A DNA stretch of 64,000 bases from a virus. Taxonomy: Duplodnaviria; Caudoviricetes. The notes beneath the pieces are model-generated. The model saw only the letters and a list, made by a program, of their open reading frames with translations. It was not told where the DNA came from and did not search any database. Of this stretch, positions 56,147 to 64,000 are shown piece after piece. Within the stretch, counting starts at the first letter, position 1. The number at the start of each line of letters is the position of its first letter. The stretch lies in IMG/VR virus record IMGVR_UViG_3300032240_001531, positions 1 through 64,000 of that record. One strand, given 5' to 3'. The translations under genes were made by a program, and so were the position numbers.

Positions 56147-56316
56147 ATCAACGCATAACTAAAAAAGAAATTATTGCAATTGCGGGAATAATTTTGGCTA
56201 TGTTTGGTTCTTTATTATACGGCTATTTTTTAATTAGAGAAAACAAGCCTAAATCGTGTTGGGATTTATATACAACTGAGAATGAAGCTATTTTGCACTG
56301 TGAGGTTCACGACTAA
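56143..56316 (+). CDS. Small membrane protein
   Basis: AGGAG RBS; TM plus CWD.Y.TE..AI..CE. Confidence 0.65.
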   Translation: MNQRITKKEIIAIAGIILAMFGSLLYGYFLIRENKPKSCWDLYTTENEAILHCEVHD

Positions 56317-56786
56317 TGAGTGAAAAAGATTTTATTGACGATATGTTTGGCGAACTTGATGTTTATTATCCCGGCAGTAAACGTAAGCGTAAAGAGGTTC
56401 CAGAAATGCCTGCATTAGATACAGACTGGGAAAAAGATTTTGTGTTAAAAACTTTACCAAATGGTAGAGAAATTGAAGTTTATATGTTAGGCTCATTAGC
56501 CAAAGCATTAAATAAAACCATCCCTACGCTTAGGCAATGGATGGATAGAGGAAAGCTTCCTCAGTCACCTTATCGCTTACCGGCTAAACCCGATAAGAAT
56601 GGTAAGATGCATGAGGGAAGGCGTCTTTATAGTAAGGCAATGGTAAAAATTACAGTTGAATTGTTCGCAAAAGCTGGACTTTTGGGCACAGATCGTATAG
56701 ACTGGAATATACACCGGAATCTTACTAGTAGGATAGCCGAGGCGTGGGAATCAATCCGCGCAGAAGAAAACAAAATAATCAACTAA
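56316..56786 (+). CDS. MerR-like HTH DNA-binding protein
   Basis: LAKALNKTIPTLRQW...G.LP...RRLYS. Confidence 0.75.
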   Translation: MSEKDFIDDMFGELDVYYPGSKRKRKEVPEMPALDTDWEKDFVLKTLPNGREIEVYMLGSLAKALNKTIPTLRQWMDRGKLPQSPYRLPAKPDKNGKMHEGRRLYSKAMVKITVELFAKAGLLGTDRIDWNIHRNLTSRIAEAWESIRAEENKIIN

Positions 56787-56793
56787 GGAAAAC

Positions 56794-57453
56794 ATGCCCC
56801 TAAACAATAATGCCCCAGATGCCGCTAGCTACCTTGCCGACGACATCGATGCCCGCCCATCACAGGCCACAGCAACATCTACATCAGTTCAGTCTGGTTG
56901 GGATGCTGCCGAAAGCCTTGCAGTCTCAAGCGAATTTCCAACGGAAGTTAAGTTTGAGGAAAACCAGCACCAGGTCTTCAAGTTTCTTGACGAGAACGGC
57001 CCGTTTGCTATTTACAAGCAGCACTTCCTAAAGCAGAAGACAAGCGGTAAGCGCTCGTATGTCTGTATTGGTGCTAATTGCCCACTTTGCGTCAAGCTCC
57101 AGGACCGCCCGGAGAACAAGCGCGCTTTTACAGTTGTGTCATTAAACTCACCAATTGGAATGCAGCGTCAGATGCTAATTTCAGGTGCACGCCTATATCA
57201 GGCTTTGCACGCAGCTCACTATTCACCACAGGGTCCTCTTACAAAGGGATACTGGGCGATTGTGCGTATCGGTAAGGGTCCATCGACTTCTTACACCGTA
57301 TCTCCAATCAAGGAACGCGACCTAGAGGAAGACTGGAAACTAGATGCAGATGCTGCGTCTAAAGTTGTCAGTGCTTCAGAGGTTTACACCCGCGGGCTAA
57401 TCAAAGAGCACTCATTTGAAGAGCTCGATGAAATCGCGGATTCGCTAATCTAG
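56794..57453 (+). CDS. Single-stranded DNA-binding protein (gp32-like, Zn)
   Basis: QHF...SYVC..ANCPLC; R.GKG..TSY; acidic tail; precedes polymerase. Confidence 0.65.
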   Translation: MPLNNNAPDAASYLADDIDARPSQATATSTSVQSGWDAAESLAVSSEFPTEVKFEENQHQVFKFLDENGPFAIYKQHFLKQKTSGKRSYVCIGANCPLCVKLQDRPENKRAFTVVSLNSPIGMQRQMLISGARLYQALHAAHYSPQGPLTKGYWAIVRIGKGPSTSYTVSPIKERDLEEDWKLDADAASKVVSASEVYTRGLIKEHSFEELDEIADSLI

Positions 57454-57513
57454 ATTCAATAGCAATAGGCGGGGACTTGACATCCCCGCCTATTACGCTA
57501 TTGTGGAGATATT

Positions 57514-59496
57514 ATGAATATTATTACTACTGCCGAACAACTTGCCGAGATGGTAGATTACTACCTAACTCAAGATGCCTTTGCCTTTGACGTTGAAACC
57601 GTAGGCCCACGCCGAGGCATGACTCCTGTAAATGAAGTCTTATGGATTACATTTGCAACTAACGGACGCTGTGACGTCATCCCTATGGGCCACCCACACG
57701 GCGACTTTATTGAAGAAGTTTTTCCGCTCACCGGTCAGGGCGAAGTTCGCAAAGAAAAGGGGCTAACCCTTAGACCTAGCGACTACAGCCGTGACTCGAA
57801 GAAAGCCACTAAAGTTTTTGGTCCCGCACCAGAACAGCTGTATCCAGCTGAGGTGTTTAAGGCATTAGAGCCATTGATGTTTAGCCAAGATGTCCTTACT
57901 ATTGGCCATAACTTAGTTTTTGACCTTACATCAGTTGCAAAGTATTACGGTGGCCGCGTTCCTGCCGGCCCTTACTTCGACACTATGATTGCTTCATTTA
58001 TTTCAGACAACCGCAATAAAAATAAGTGTGGTCTTGCTGACTGCCTTAAGCGCGAGTTTGGGTATGAGATGGAAAAAGGTGTTGGTAAAGAAGTTGAAGT
58101 TTATGACTTTAATACTGTAGCTAAATACGCTTATCTAGACTCTAAGTACACTTTTTTATTGTGGAAGTCGCTTGTACCTAAATTAGACGCCGCAGACCTT
58201 AACCGAGTATTTGCATTAGAAATGGATGTATTGCGTGTTTTATGCGACATGAAATTAACTGGTGCAGTTATTGATACGGTATCCCTAGAACAATTAAAGA
58301 TTGATTTAGAAGCTAAAGTAGATGAGGCACGAGCCAATATTTATAAAGCTGCCGGTCGCGAGTTTAATATTAATTCTAATCAAGAAAAACAAGTATTACT
58401 GTATGGCGCTAAAGAAGACGGCGGACGAGGGCTAAAGCCTAAAGTTCTTACGACTAAAGGTAGTCAAAAAGACAAAGAAGGCGCAGACCTATCACAGTCA
58501 GATTATTCAGTATCAGCCGAGGCACTAGAACCTTACCGTGATAAAGACCCACTAGTTACAGCTATGTTGGAATACGCTGACTATAATAAGCTTCTTTCAA
58601 CTTACGTAATTCCATATTTAGGCGGAGATATTGAACGCACAACTTCTGGAAAAACTCGTACAGAGACCAAGGAAAGCCTTTTAATTAACGGGCGATTACA
58701 CGGTGACTTTGTACAGCACGGAGCTGAGACAGGCCGTTTTTCAAGCCGTAACCCTAACTTGCAAAACGTACCGGCACCGCATACTGCGCATGGTAAAGCT
58801 ATTCGTAATTTGTTTACAGCACCTCCGGGCCAAGTATTAGTTGTGGCTGACTACTCACAGATTGAGCCACGCGTTATTGCGTCATTCTCAGAAGATCCGA
58901 TTATGATGGATAACTATTTAGAGGGTAGAGACATTTACACCACTATTGGTGACACTATGGGCGTAGACCGTAAAGCGGGTAAAGTACTTGTGTTAGCTAT
59001 GGCATATGGTGTTGGTCCAGATAAAATTGCCGCGTCTATTGGTTGTTCTAAAACTGAAGCTAAAGACTTATTAGATAGGTTTGCTAAAGAGTTCCCTGCT
59101 ATTTCTGCTTATCGTTCCAAAGTTATTTCAGCCACTCGTGCAGGTAAACCAGTTGCACATATCAAAACTATTACGGGACGCCGTCGCTATCTTCCTGAAA
59201 TTATGTCAAGAGATAATGGACTTCGTGCAGGAGCTGAGCGTCAAGCGTTTAACACAAAGATTCAAGGTAGTGCCGCAGATATTATTAAAATTGCCATGGT
59301 ACGTGCTTGGACAATGATTCCAAAAGAGGCTAAGATAATACTTACTGTTCACGATGAATTGGTAGTTACTACACCAGCAGAACTGGCAGAAGAAACAGCA
59401 GAAAAGCTGCGTGAAGCTATGGAGGATATTCAAGTGTTAAAAGTACCATTAATTGCTGATATTAAAATTGTCGATAAGTGGGGAGAAGCAAAATGA
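57514..59496 (+). CDS. polA: DNA polymerase family A (3'-5' exonuclease plus polymerase)
   Basis: DVET, HNLVFD, TGRFSSRNPNLQN, DYSQIEPR, VHDE. Confidence 0.95.
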   Translation: MNIITTAEQLAEMVDYYLTQDAFAFDVETVGPRRGMTPVNEVLWITFATNGRCDVIPMGHPHGDFIEEVFPLTGQGEVRKEKGLTLRPSDYSRDSKKATKVFGPAPEQLYPAEVFKALEPLMFSQDVLTIGHNLVFDLTSVAKYYGGRVPAGPYFDTMIASFISDNRNKNKCGLADCLKREFGYEMEKGVGKEVEVYDFNTVAKYAYLDSKYTFLLWKSLVPKLDAADLNRVFALEMDVLRVLCDMKLTGAVIDTVSLEQLKIDLEAKVDEARANIYKAAGREFNINSNQEKQVLLYGAKEDGGRGLKPKVLTTKGSQKDKEGADLSQSDYSVSAEALEPYRDKDPLVTAMLEYADYNKLLSTYVIPYLGGDIERTTSGKTRTETKESLLINGRLHGDFVQHGAETGRFSSRNPNLQNVPAPHTAHGKAIRNLFTAPPGQVLVVADYSQIEPRVIASFSEDPIMMDNYLEGRDIYTTIGDTMGVDRKAGKVLVLAMAYGVGPDKIAASIGCSKTEAKDLLDRFAKEFPAISAYRSKVISATRAGKPVAHIKTITGRRRYLPEIMSRDNGLRAGAERQAFNTKIQGSAADIIKIAMVRAWTMIPKEAKIILTVHDELVVTTPAELAEETAEKLREAMEDIQVLKVPLIADIKIVDKWGEAK

Positions 59497-59948
59497 CCGA
59501 TTGGCCAATACCTGAACCAGAAGGTGTGGGAGAAATACATCAAGTACCGGTCACAACTTTGTTTAGATGGTACTTATACGATACCGTTGGTTCTGATGCT
59601 AATAAAAATATTGGAATTTTTAATCTGTCACCCGTTAGTGAAGAAGGACATGAAAAAGAACAAGATGATTCTGATAACCGACTTTTTAATATCGACGCGT
59701 TGTTACCTTTCCTAACTATCTATGCAAACATGAATGCTGAGTTTTCTTTTGAAGCTCACCGCAAAGAGATGTTAAAAATCCCAGGAGTTGACGAAAGTAT
59801 GTTAGAATCAAGTTCCACAACTTTAAAAGAGTTCTATAGCAATTTAACTTTTAATGGATTGTTAGCAACTATTTCAGCTGCGGTAGAGCTTAATTTAATT
59901 AAACTTCACGGTACCTATACCGGATTAAAGGAGACAGATAATGAGTAA
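59493..59948 (+). CDS. Hypothetical protein
   Basis: ATGA overlap with polA. Confidence 0.7.
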   Translation: MTDWPIPEPEGVGEIHQVPVTTLFRWYLYDTVGSDANKNIGIFNLSPVSEEGHEKEQDDSDNRLFNIDALLPFLTIYANMNAEFSFEAHRKEMLKIPGVDESMLESSSTTLKEFYSNLTFNGLLATISAAVELNLIKLHGTYTGLKETDNE

Positions 59949-60360
59949 TTGGTGGGCAGATAAATTAGGCACCCCAAGACAACCACAGCAACCACGATTA
60001 CCTGAACAACAAGTTCCTGTAGTCCAGCCTGGTATAACACCGCAGTATCCTGGGTATACTCCTAATCAAGGTTATCCTCCGGTTACCCAACAGCCTACTT
60101 ACAACCCAGATTTAGCTGGGCATGTTCTTCCAGCAAGTGCATTGACCCCAAGTCGTTGTCCAAACTGTTCTAGTGGTAATTATGGAAAAATGACCCCAGA
60201 GACAGCGCCTCGTTGCTATGATTGCGGTTATCCAATACAGCAATCTGGTTCAGGTATGCCGGGAGTCAGAGTACCATCTAATGGTAATACACAAGCTGCT
60301 AAGCAAATCAGTACAGCAAATAATTTTAACCCAGGCACAATTGTAGATAGGATCGGTTAA
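59941..60360 (+). CDS. Pro/Gln-rich zinc-ribbon protein
   Basis: CPNCSSGNY...RCYDCGYP. Confidence 0.75.
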   Translation: MSNWWADKLGTPRQPQQPRLPEQQVPVVQPGITPQYPGYTPNQGYPPVTQQPTYNPDLAGHVLPASALTPSRCPNCSSGNYGKMTPETAPRCYDCGYPIQQSGSGMPGVRVPSNGNTQAAKQISTANNFNPGTIVDRIG

Positions 60361-61379
60361 TGTCTAAAGTAGTAGATGCTGTAGTAGCAAAATTAAATAA
60401 AAAACTTGGTGAAAATACTATTGTCAAGGCGTCTGAGATTGTACCTATGACTAGGTTTACATCGGGATCATTGTCATTGGATATGATTTTGGGCGGTGGT
60501 TGGCCAACTAACCAATGGCATGAGATTATTGGTGAAGCAAGTAATGGTAAGACCGCACTAGCCCTTAAAACCATTGCAGCTAATCAGAAAATTAACCCTG
60601 ATTTTACTACTATTTGGATTGCTGCTGAGCAGTGGGTTCCAGAATATGCAGAGATGTGCGGAGTAGATTCCTCACGAGTGTTTGTGTTTAGTAGCAACGT
60701 TATGGAAATTGCTTTAACAGCTGTCTTAGAATTTGTAGAAACTAAAGAAGTTGATTGTGTAGTTATTGACTCACTTCCGGCCCTTGTACCTTCAGCAGAA
60801 GACGAAAAGGAAATGGAAGAATTTACAGTTGGCCGTGGCGCAATGCTTATGGGTAAGTTCTTTCGTAAGATGGAACGAGCTGGCAAACGCAGTATGTTAG
60901 GCGAAGAGCGACCATTCATTGGTTTAATTATTAACCAGTTTCGTATGAAAATTGGCGTAATGTATGGAGACCCACGCACTACTCCAGGTGGCGAAGGTAA
61001 GAATTACTTTTTCTTTACCCGCGTTGATGTAAAGCGCGATGAATGGATTGAGATTGGCACAGGTCAGGAAAAGCGTAAGGTAGGCCAAACTATCAAATTC
61101 CAGACCAGAAAGAACAAGTCGTCACCTCCGGGACAGACTGCGTTTGTAGATTTTTACTTTGATGACGGCTCTGGCATTGACAAGGGTGAATATGATTTTG
61201 CCAAAGAAATCGTATCGCTAGCCATCATTAATAAAATTGTTGTGAGAGCCGGAGCATATTACCGCTATTCTGACCGTCAATGGCAGGGTGCAGATGCGTT
61301 GCTTAGTTCAATTAGAGAAGAAGTAGACTTGCAGGAACAATTAACTAAAGACGTGATGGGTACTTTAAAGCTTGGCTAA
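60360..61379 (+). CDS. recA: RecA-like recombinase
   Basis: SGSLSLD..LGGG, GEASNGKT, VIDS, INQFRMKIGVMYGDP.TTPGG. Confidence 0.95.
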   Translation: MSKVVDAVVAKLNKKLGENTIVKASEIVPMTRFTSGSLSLDMILGGGWPTNQWHEIIGEASNGKTALALKTIAANQKINPDFTTIWIAAEQWVPEYAEMCGVDSSRVFVFSSNVMEIALTAVLEFVETKEVDCVVIDSLPALVPSAEDEKEMEEFTVGRGAMLMGKFFRKMERAGKRSMLGEERPFIGLIINQFRMKIGVMYGDPRTTPGGEGKNYFFFTRVDVKRDEWIEIGTGQEKRKVGQTIKFQTRKNKSSPPGQTAFVDFYFDDGSGIDKGEYDFAKEIVSLAIINKIVVRAGAYYRYSDRQWQGADALLSSIREEVDLQEQLTKDVMGTLKLG

Positions 61380-61716
61380 ATCTGAGGGTCAGAAACAATC
61401 CCTAAAACATGAAAAACGCCTTGCCAAAGCCATCGGAGGTCAACGTAATGTTGCCTCCGGTGCTTTTTGGTTTCGCAAAGGCGATGTACGGTCACAAGAC
61501 CTTCTAATTGAACATAAGTGGACTGGTAAAAAGTCGTTTACCCTGAAGTCTGATGTATTAGAAAAGATAACCACAGAGGCCCTCCTAGACAGCCGTACGC
61601 CTGTTTTGGGCATAAGCCTAAATGATGTCAACTATGTGGTTATGGACGAAAATGACTTTTTGACAATGAGAGAATTTCTGCTACAATGTATAGAGGAGCA
61701 CACGGAAGAGAAGTAG
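61372..61716 (+). CDS. PD-(D/E)xK nuclease (resolvase-like)
   Basis: E.RLA...GG..N.ASGA....KGDV.....IEHK. Confidence 0.75.
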   Translation: MAKSEGQKQSLKHEKRLAKAIGGQRNVASGAFWFRKGDVRSQDLLIEHKWTGKKSFTLKSDVLEKITTEALLDSRTPVLGISLNDVNYVVMDENDFLTMREFLLQCIEEHTEEK

Positions 61717-61735
61717 CTCAACTATTGGAGTTTAT

Positions 61736-62110
61736 TTGTCTACCCCGTTTACTAGCTTTCTTTCAGAACCAGACCCTTGGCAATATGAGTCCAAGTGCGG
61801 CACCAGAAGATATGATGATGAAACCAAAGATTATGTATCTGTTTATAATCCAGACCTTTGGTTTCCGCCAAGAGATAAAGAATTATACAAACCAATAGCA
61901 GACAAAGCTAAATCAATTTGTTTTGGCCGTGATGGCAAAGGTGAATGCCCTGTTCGTTTACAATGTTTAATGTTTGCGGATAAGAATGATGAAGTGCACG
62001 GTATCTGGGGCGGCATGAGCCATCGTGAACGAAACGCTTTAAAACGTAAAGCTAAAAAGCAAGGAACTACTTTAGAAGAACTTGCTAAAAAAGCTAGTAG
62101 ACAACCATAG
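61736..62110 (+). CDS. whiB: WhiB-family transcription factor
   Basis: C...WFP...AKSIC...CPVRLQC...GIWGGMS.RER. Confidence 0.9.
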   Translation: MSTPFTSFLSEPDPWQYESKCGTRRYDDETKDYVSVYNPDLWFPPRDKELYKPIADKAKSICFGRDGKGECPVRLQCLMFADKNDEVHGIWGGMSHRERNALKRKAKKQGTTLEELAKKASRQP

Positions 62111-62147
62111 AAAAGTGTGCTATGTTCTTAAGTGGAGGACATAAAAC

Positions 62148-63023
62148 ATGCCAGAGAAAAAACTAAAAAAGATACCAGCAGGTGCATTGAAAAGCTTTGT
62201 AGATGCCGGTAAATCAACCACAAGAGTGATTAGCAAAGTAGAACGCTTTGTACTATCACAACCTATAGATAATTCTAGATCGTTTAATGGTTTACACCCA
62301 TCCGCTATGGTTAGCCCATATTGGTGCCACCGAGCGTCTTACTTTCATTTAAAAGGTAATCATCCTACACCCGAAGCTCGCCAATTTAAACGCGAACTAA
62401 TTTTTGCACAAGGTCACGGTATTCATGCTACTTGGCAAAATTGGTTTCGTGACATGGGTAAGTTGTACGGTGTATGGGAGTGTAAGAGCTGCTTTATTAA
62501 AATTTGGGAAACTAGCCCAGAAGGTTGTGACTCCTGTAGTACGCAAGGAACAATGCGTTATAAAGAAGTTCCCGTAGAATATGACAAGTTGATGATTACT
62601 GGCCATTCAGACGGTTGGCTAAAAGGATTTGGCGATGACCTAATGCTTGAAATTAAGTCAGTAGGTGCCGGTACATTTATGTGGTACGACCGGTCAAACT
62701 GGTTTGCATCAAATCAAGATTTTGCTGAAGCATGGAAAAATCTTAAGTCACCATTTGAGGCGCACATAGCCCAGGTTCAGTTATATATGAAAGTGTTAGA
62801 GTTATCTGGTCGGACAGATGTACCACAAGAAGCTGTGTTATTGTACGAAGCAAAGCCTACACAGGAAATTAAAGAGTTTATTGTTCGCAAAGATGATTGG
62901 GCGATTCAGCCAATTATTGATGGCGCACAAATTGTGGTAGACTCGTTATCTAAAAACAGCGCCCCAGACTGTAATGTTGGCGGAGCGTTAAAGTGCAAAC
63001 AATGCGGAGGGTTCAATGAGTAA
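62148..63023 (+). CDS. Cas4-like exonuclease
   Basis: HPS....C.R, GHSDG, EIKS, QVQLYM, terminal C..CKQC. Confidence 0.8.
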   Translation: MPEKKLKKIPAGALKSFVDAGKSTTRVISKVERFVLSQPIDNSRSFNGLHPSAMVSPYWCHRASYFHLKGNHPTPEARQFKRELIFAQGHGIHATWQNWFRDMGKLYGVWECKSCFIKIWETSPEGCDSCSTQGTMRYKEVPVEYDKLMITGHSDGWLKGFGDDLMLEIKSVGAGTFMWYDRSNWFASNQDFAEAWKNLKSPFEAHIAQVQLYMKVLELSGRTDVPQEAVLLYEAKPTQEIKEFIVRKDDWAIQPIIDGAQIVVDSLSKNSAPDCNVGGALKCKQCGGFNE

Positions 63024-63519
63024 GACAACATTAATCACAAATGACACCAGCAAGTACATCTTAGATATGCTTGATGAACAAGGATTGACTGTAGACCGTG
63101 AAACGTCTATGCCACGCCCAGAGCTTCCAGCTGATATCACAGAGTTAGATGATGAAGACCTAATGCGTTTATACACACATTTATCGGCTTACAGTGAATT
63201 TCTAAGTACTCAATTAGCCTGTGCCATTATTGATGAAAAAGATGCAGAACGTAACAAAGATTATGCTGAGTCAGAGGCAATGTTACGTCATCAGACAAAC
63301 AACGCTAAGACCACAGTAACTATTATTAAAGCCTTAGTTGATGGCGACCCTACACTCGGTGAAGTGCGCCAGGAGGCCTTGGTCAAGTACTCGTATCGCA
63401 AAATGCTAGAGACCATGGTTAATAACTACGAACGTAGCACCGCGGTCTGTAGCCGTGAACTGACCCGTAGAACATCAAGCGATAACTTTAAGACCAGAAG
63501 TCGTAAGTTTACCGCATAA
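63016..63519 (+). CDS. Hypothetical helical protein
   Basis: C-terminal SRELTRR; lies in recombination cluster. Confidence 0.7.
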   Translation: MSKTTLITNDTSKYILDMLDEQGLTVDRETSMPRPELPADITELDDEDLMRLYTHLSAYSEFLSTQLACAIIDEKDAERNKDYAESEAMLRHQTNNAKTTVTIIKALVDGDPTLGEVRQEALVKYSYRKMLETMVNNYERSTAVCSRELTRRTSSDNFKTRSRKFTA

Positions 63520-64000
63520 TGGCAAAAGATAAGGTATTTGGGCCAGGACTAGGGCGAGATGTAAATAGTATTGCAATTGGTATAGACCAATCTTATTCCG
63601 GGTTTGGGATAACCGTACTTGACGCAAAAGACGTAGCGGATTATAAAACTAATGTGTTTAAAGCAGAAGGACTACACATTGACCGTTTGGTTTGGATTCA
63701 AGAAAAACTTACAGAAATATTGGACTACTATACTTTCTATAATAAGCCTTCGTCAATTATTGTAGCCATGGAAGGCTATGCCTTTGGCACCACAATGGCC
63801 CATATGCTGGGCGAATTAGGTGCCATAGTAAAACTGGTTTGCTACAATGAACTGGATGAATTTGAGGGTAAGTATCCATACATTATTCCGCCAACTACTT
63901 TAAAGAAATACATTACAGGTAAAGGCACAGGCGTACAAAAAAATCAGGTACTTTTAGCGGTATATAAAAAGTGGGGCGTAGAGTTTAATGACGATAACGC
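63519..64000 (+). CDS. ruvC: RuvC-like Holliday junction resolvase (3' truncated)
   Basis: IGIDQSYSGFG, AMEGYA, PTTLKKYITGKG...K, DDNA. Confidence 0.8.
   Translation, partial: MAKDKVFGPGLGRDVNSIAIGIDQSYSGFGITVLDAKDVADYKTNVFKAEGLHIDRLVWIQEKLTEILDYYTFYNKPSSIIVAMEGYAFGTTMAHMLGELGAIVKLVCYNELDEFEGKYPYIIPPTTLKKYITGKGTGVQKNQVLLAVYKKWGVEFNDDN

Noticed and set aside
57514-61379. Inteins or introns in PolA, RecA, helicase or terminase
   Set aside because: ORF sizes are normal, with no intein splice motifs or frame breaks.

Overview
This window is a 64-kb slice of a large tailed dsDNA phage with a contractile tail (myovirus morphology), low in GC by eye. An actinobacterial host is inferred from WhiB, a PASTA-domain protein, leaderless genes and Gram-positive-type LexA boxes. 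Layout: (1) 1-2300, a leftward array of early-gene cassettes separated by conserved branched palindromic elements. (2) 2300-2660, a divergent control region. (3) 2680-42330, a rightward late region with small accessory ORFs, terminase, portal, scaffold, N4-gp56-type capsid, a block of Lys-rich mini-proteins, sheath, tube, chaperone, tape measure and baseplate. (4) 42380-49560, replication genes. (5) 49600-52710, a leftward membrane/PA14/M23 operon. (6) 52960-64000, NlpC/P60, HNH, two tRNAs, Hsp20, an adenine methyltransferase, SSB, PolA, RecA, WhiB, and Cas4-like and RuvC-like nucleases. The strongest candidates for novelty are: the modular early cassette array (T-shaped palindromes, GTTAY-n6-GTTAY boxes, post-stop mini-pseudoknots, upstream LexA boxes); a probable programmed -1 frameshift giving secreted and membrane-anchored forms of a PA14 protein; a UUU-CGU +1 frameshift in the tail chaperone; a shared N-terminal QF motif in small late proteins; and a spike protein with a C1q-like domain inserted in its OB fold. 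All calls were made by eye; no database search was run.
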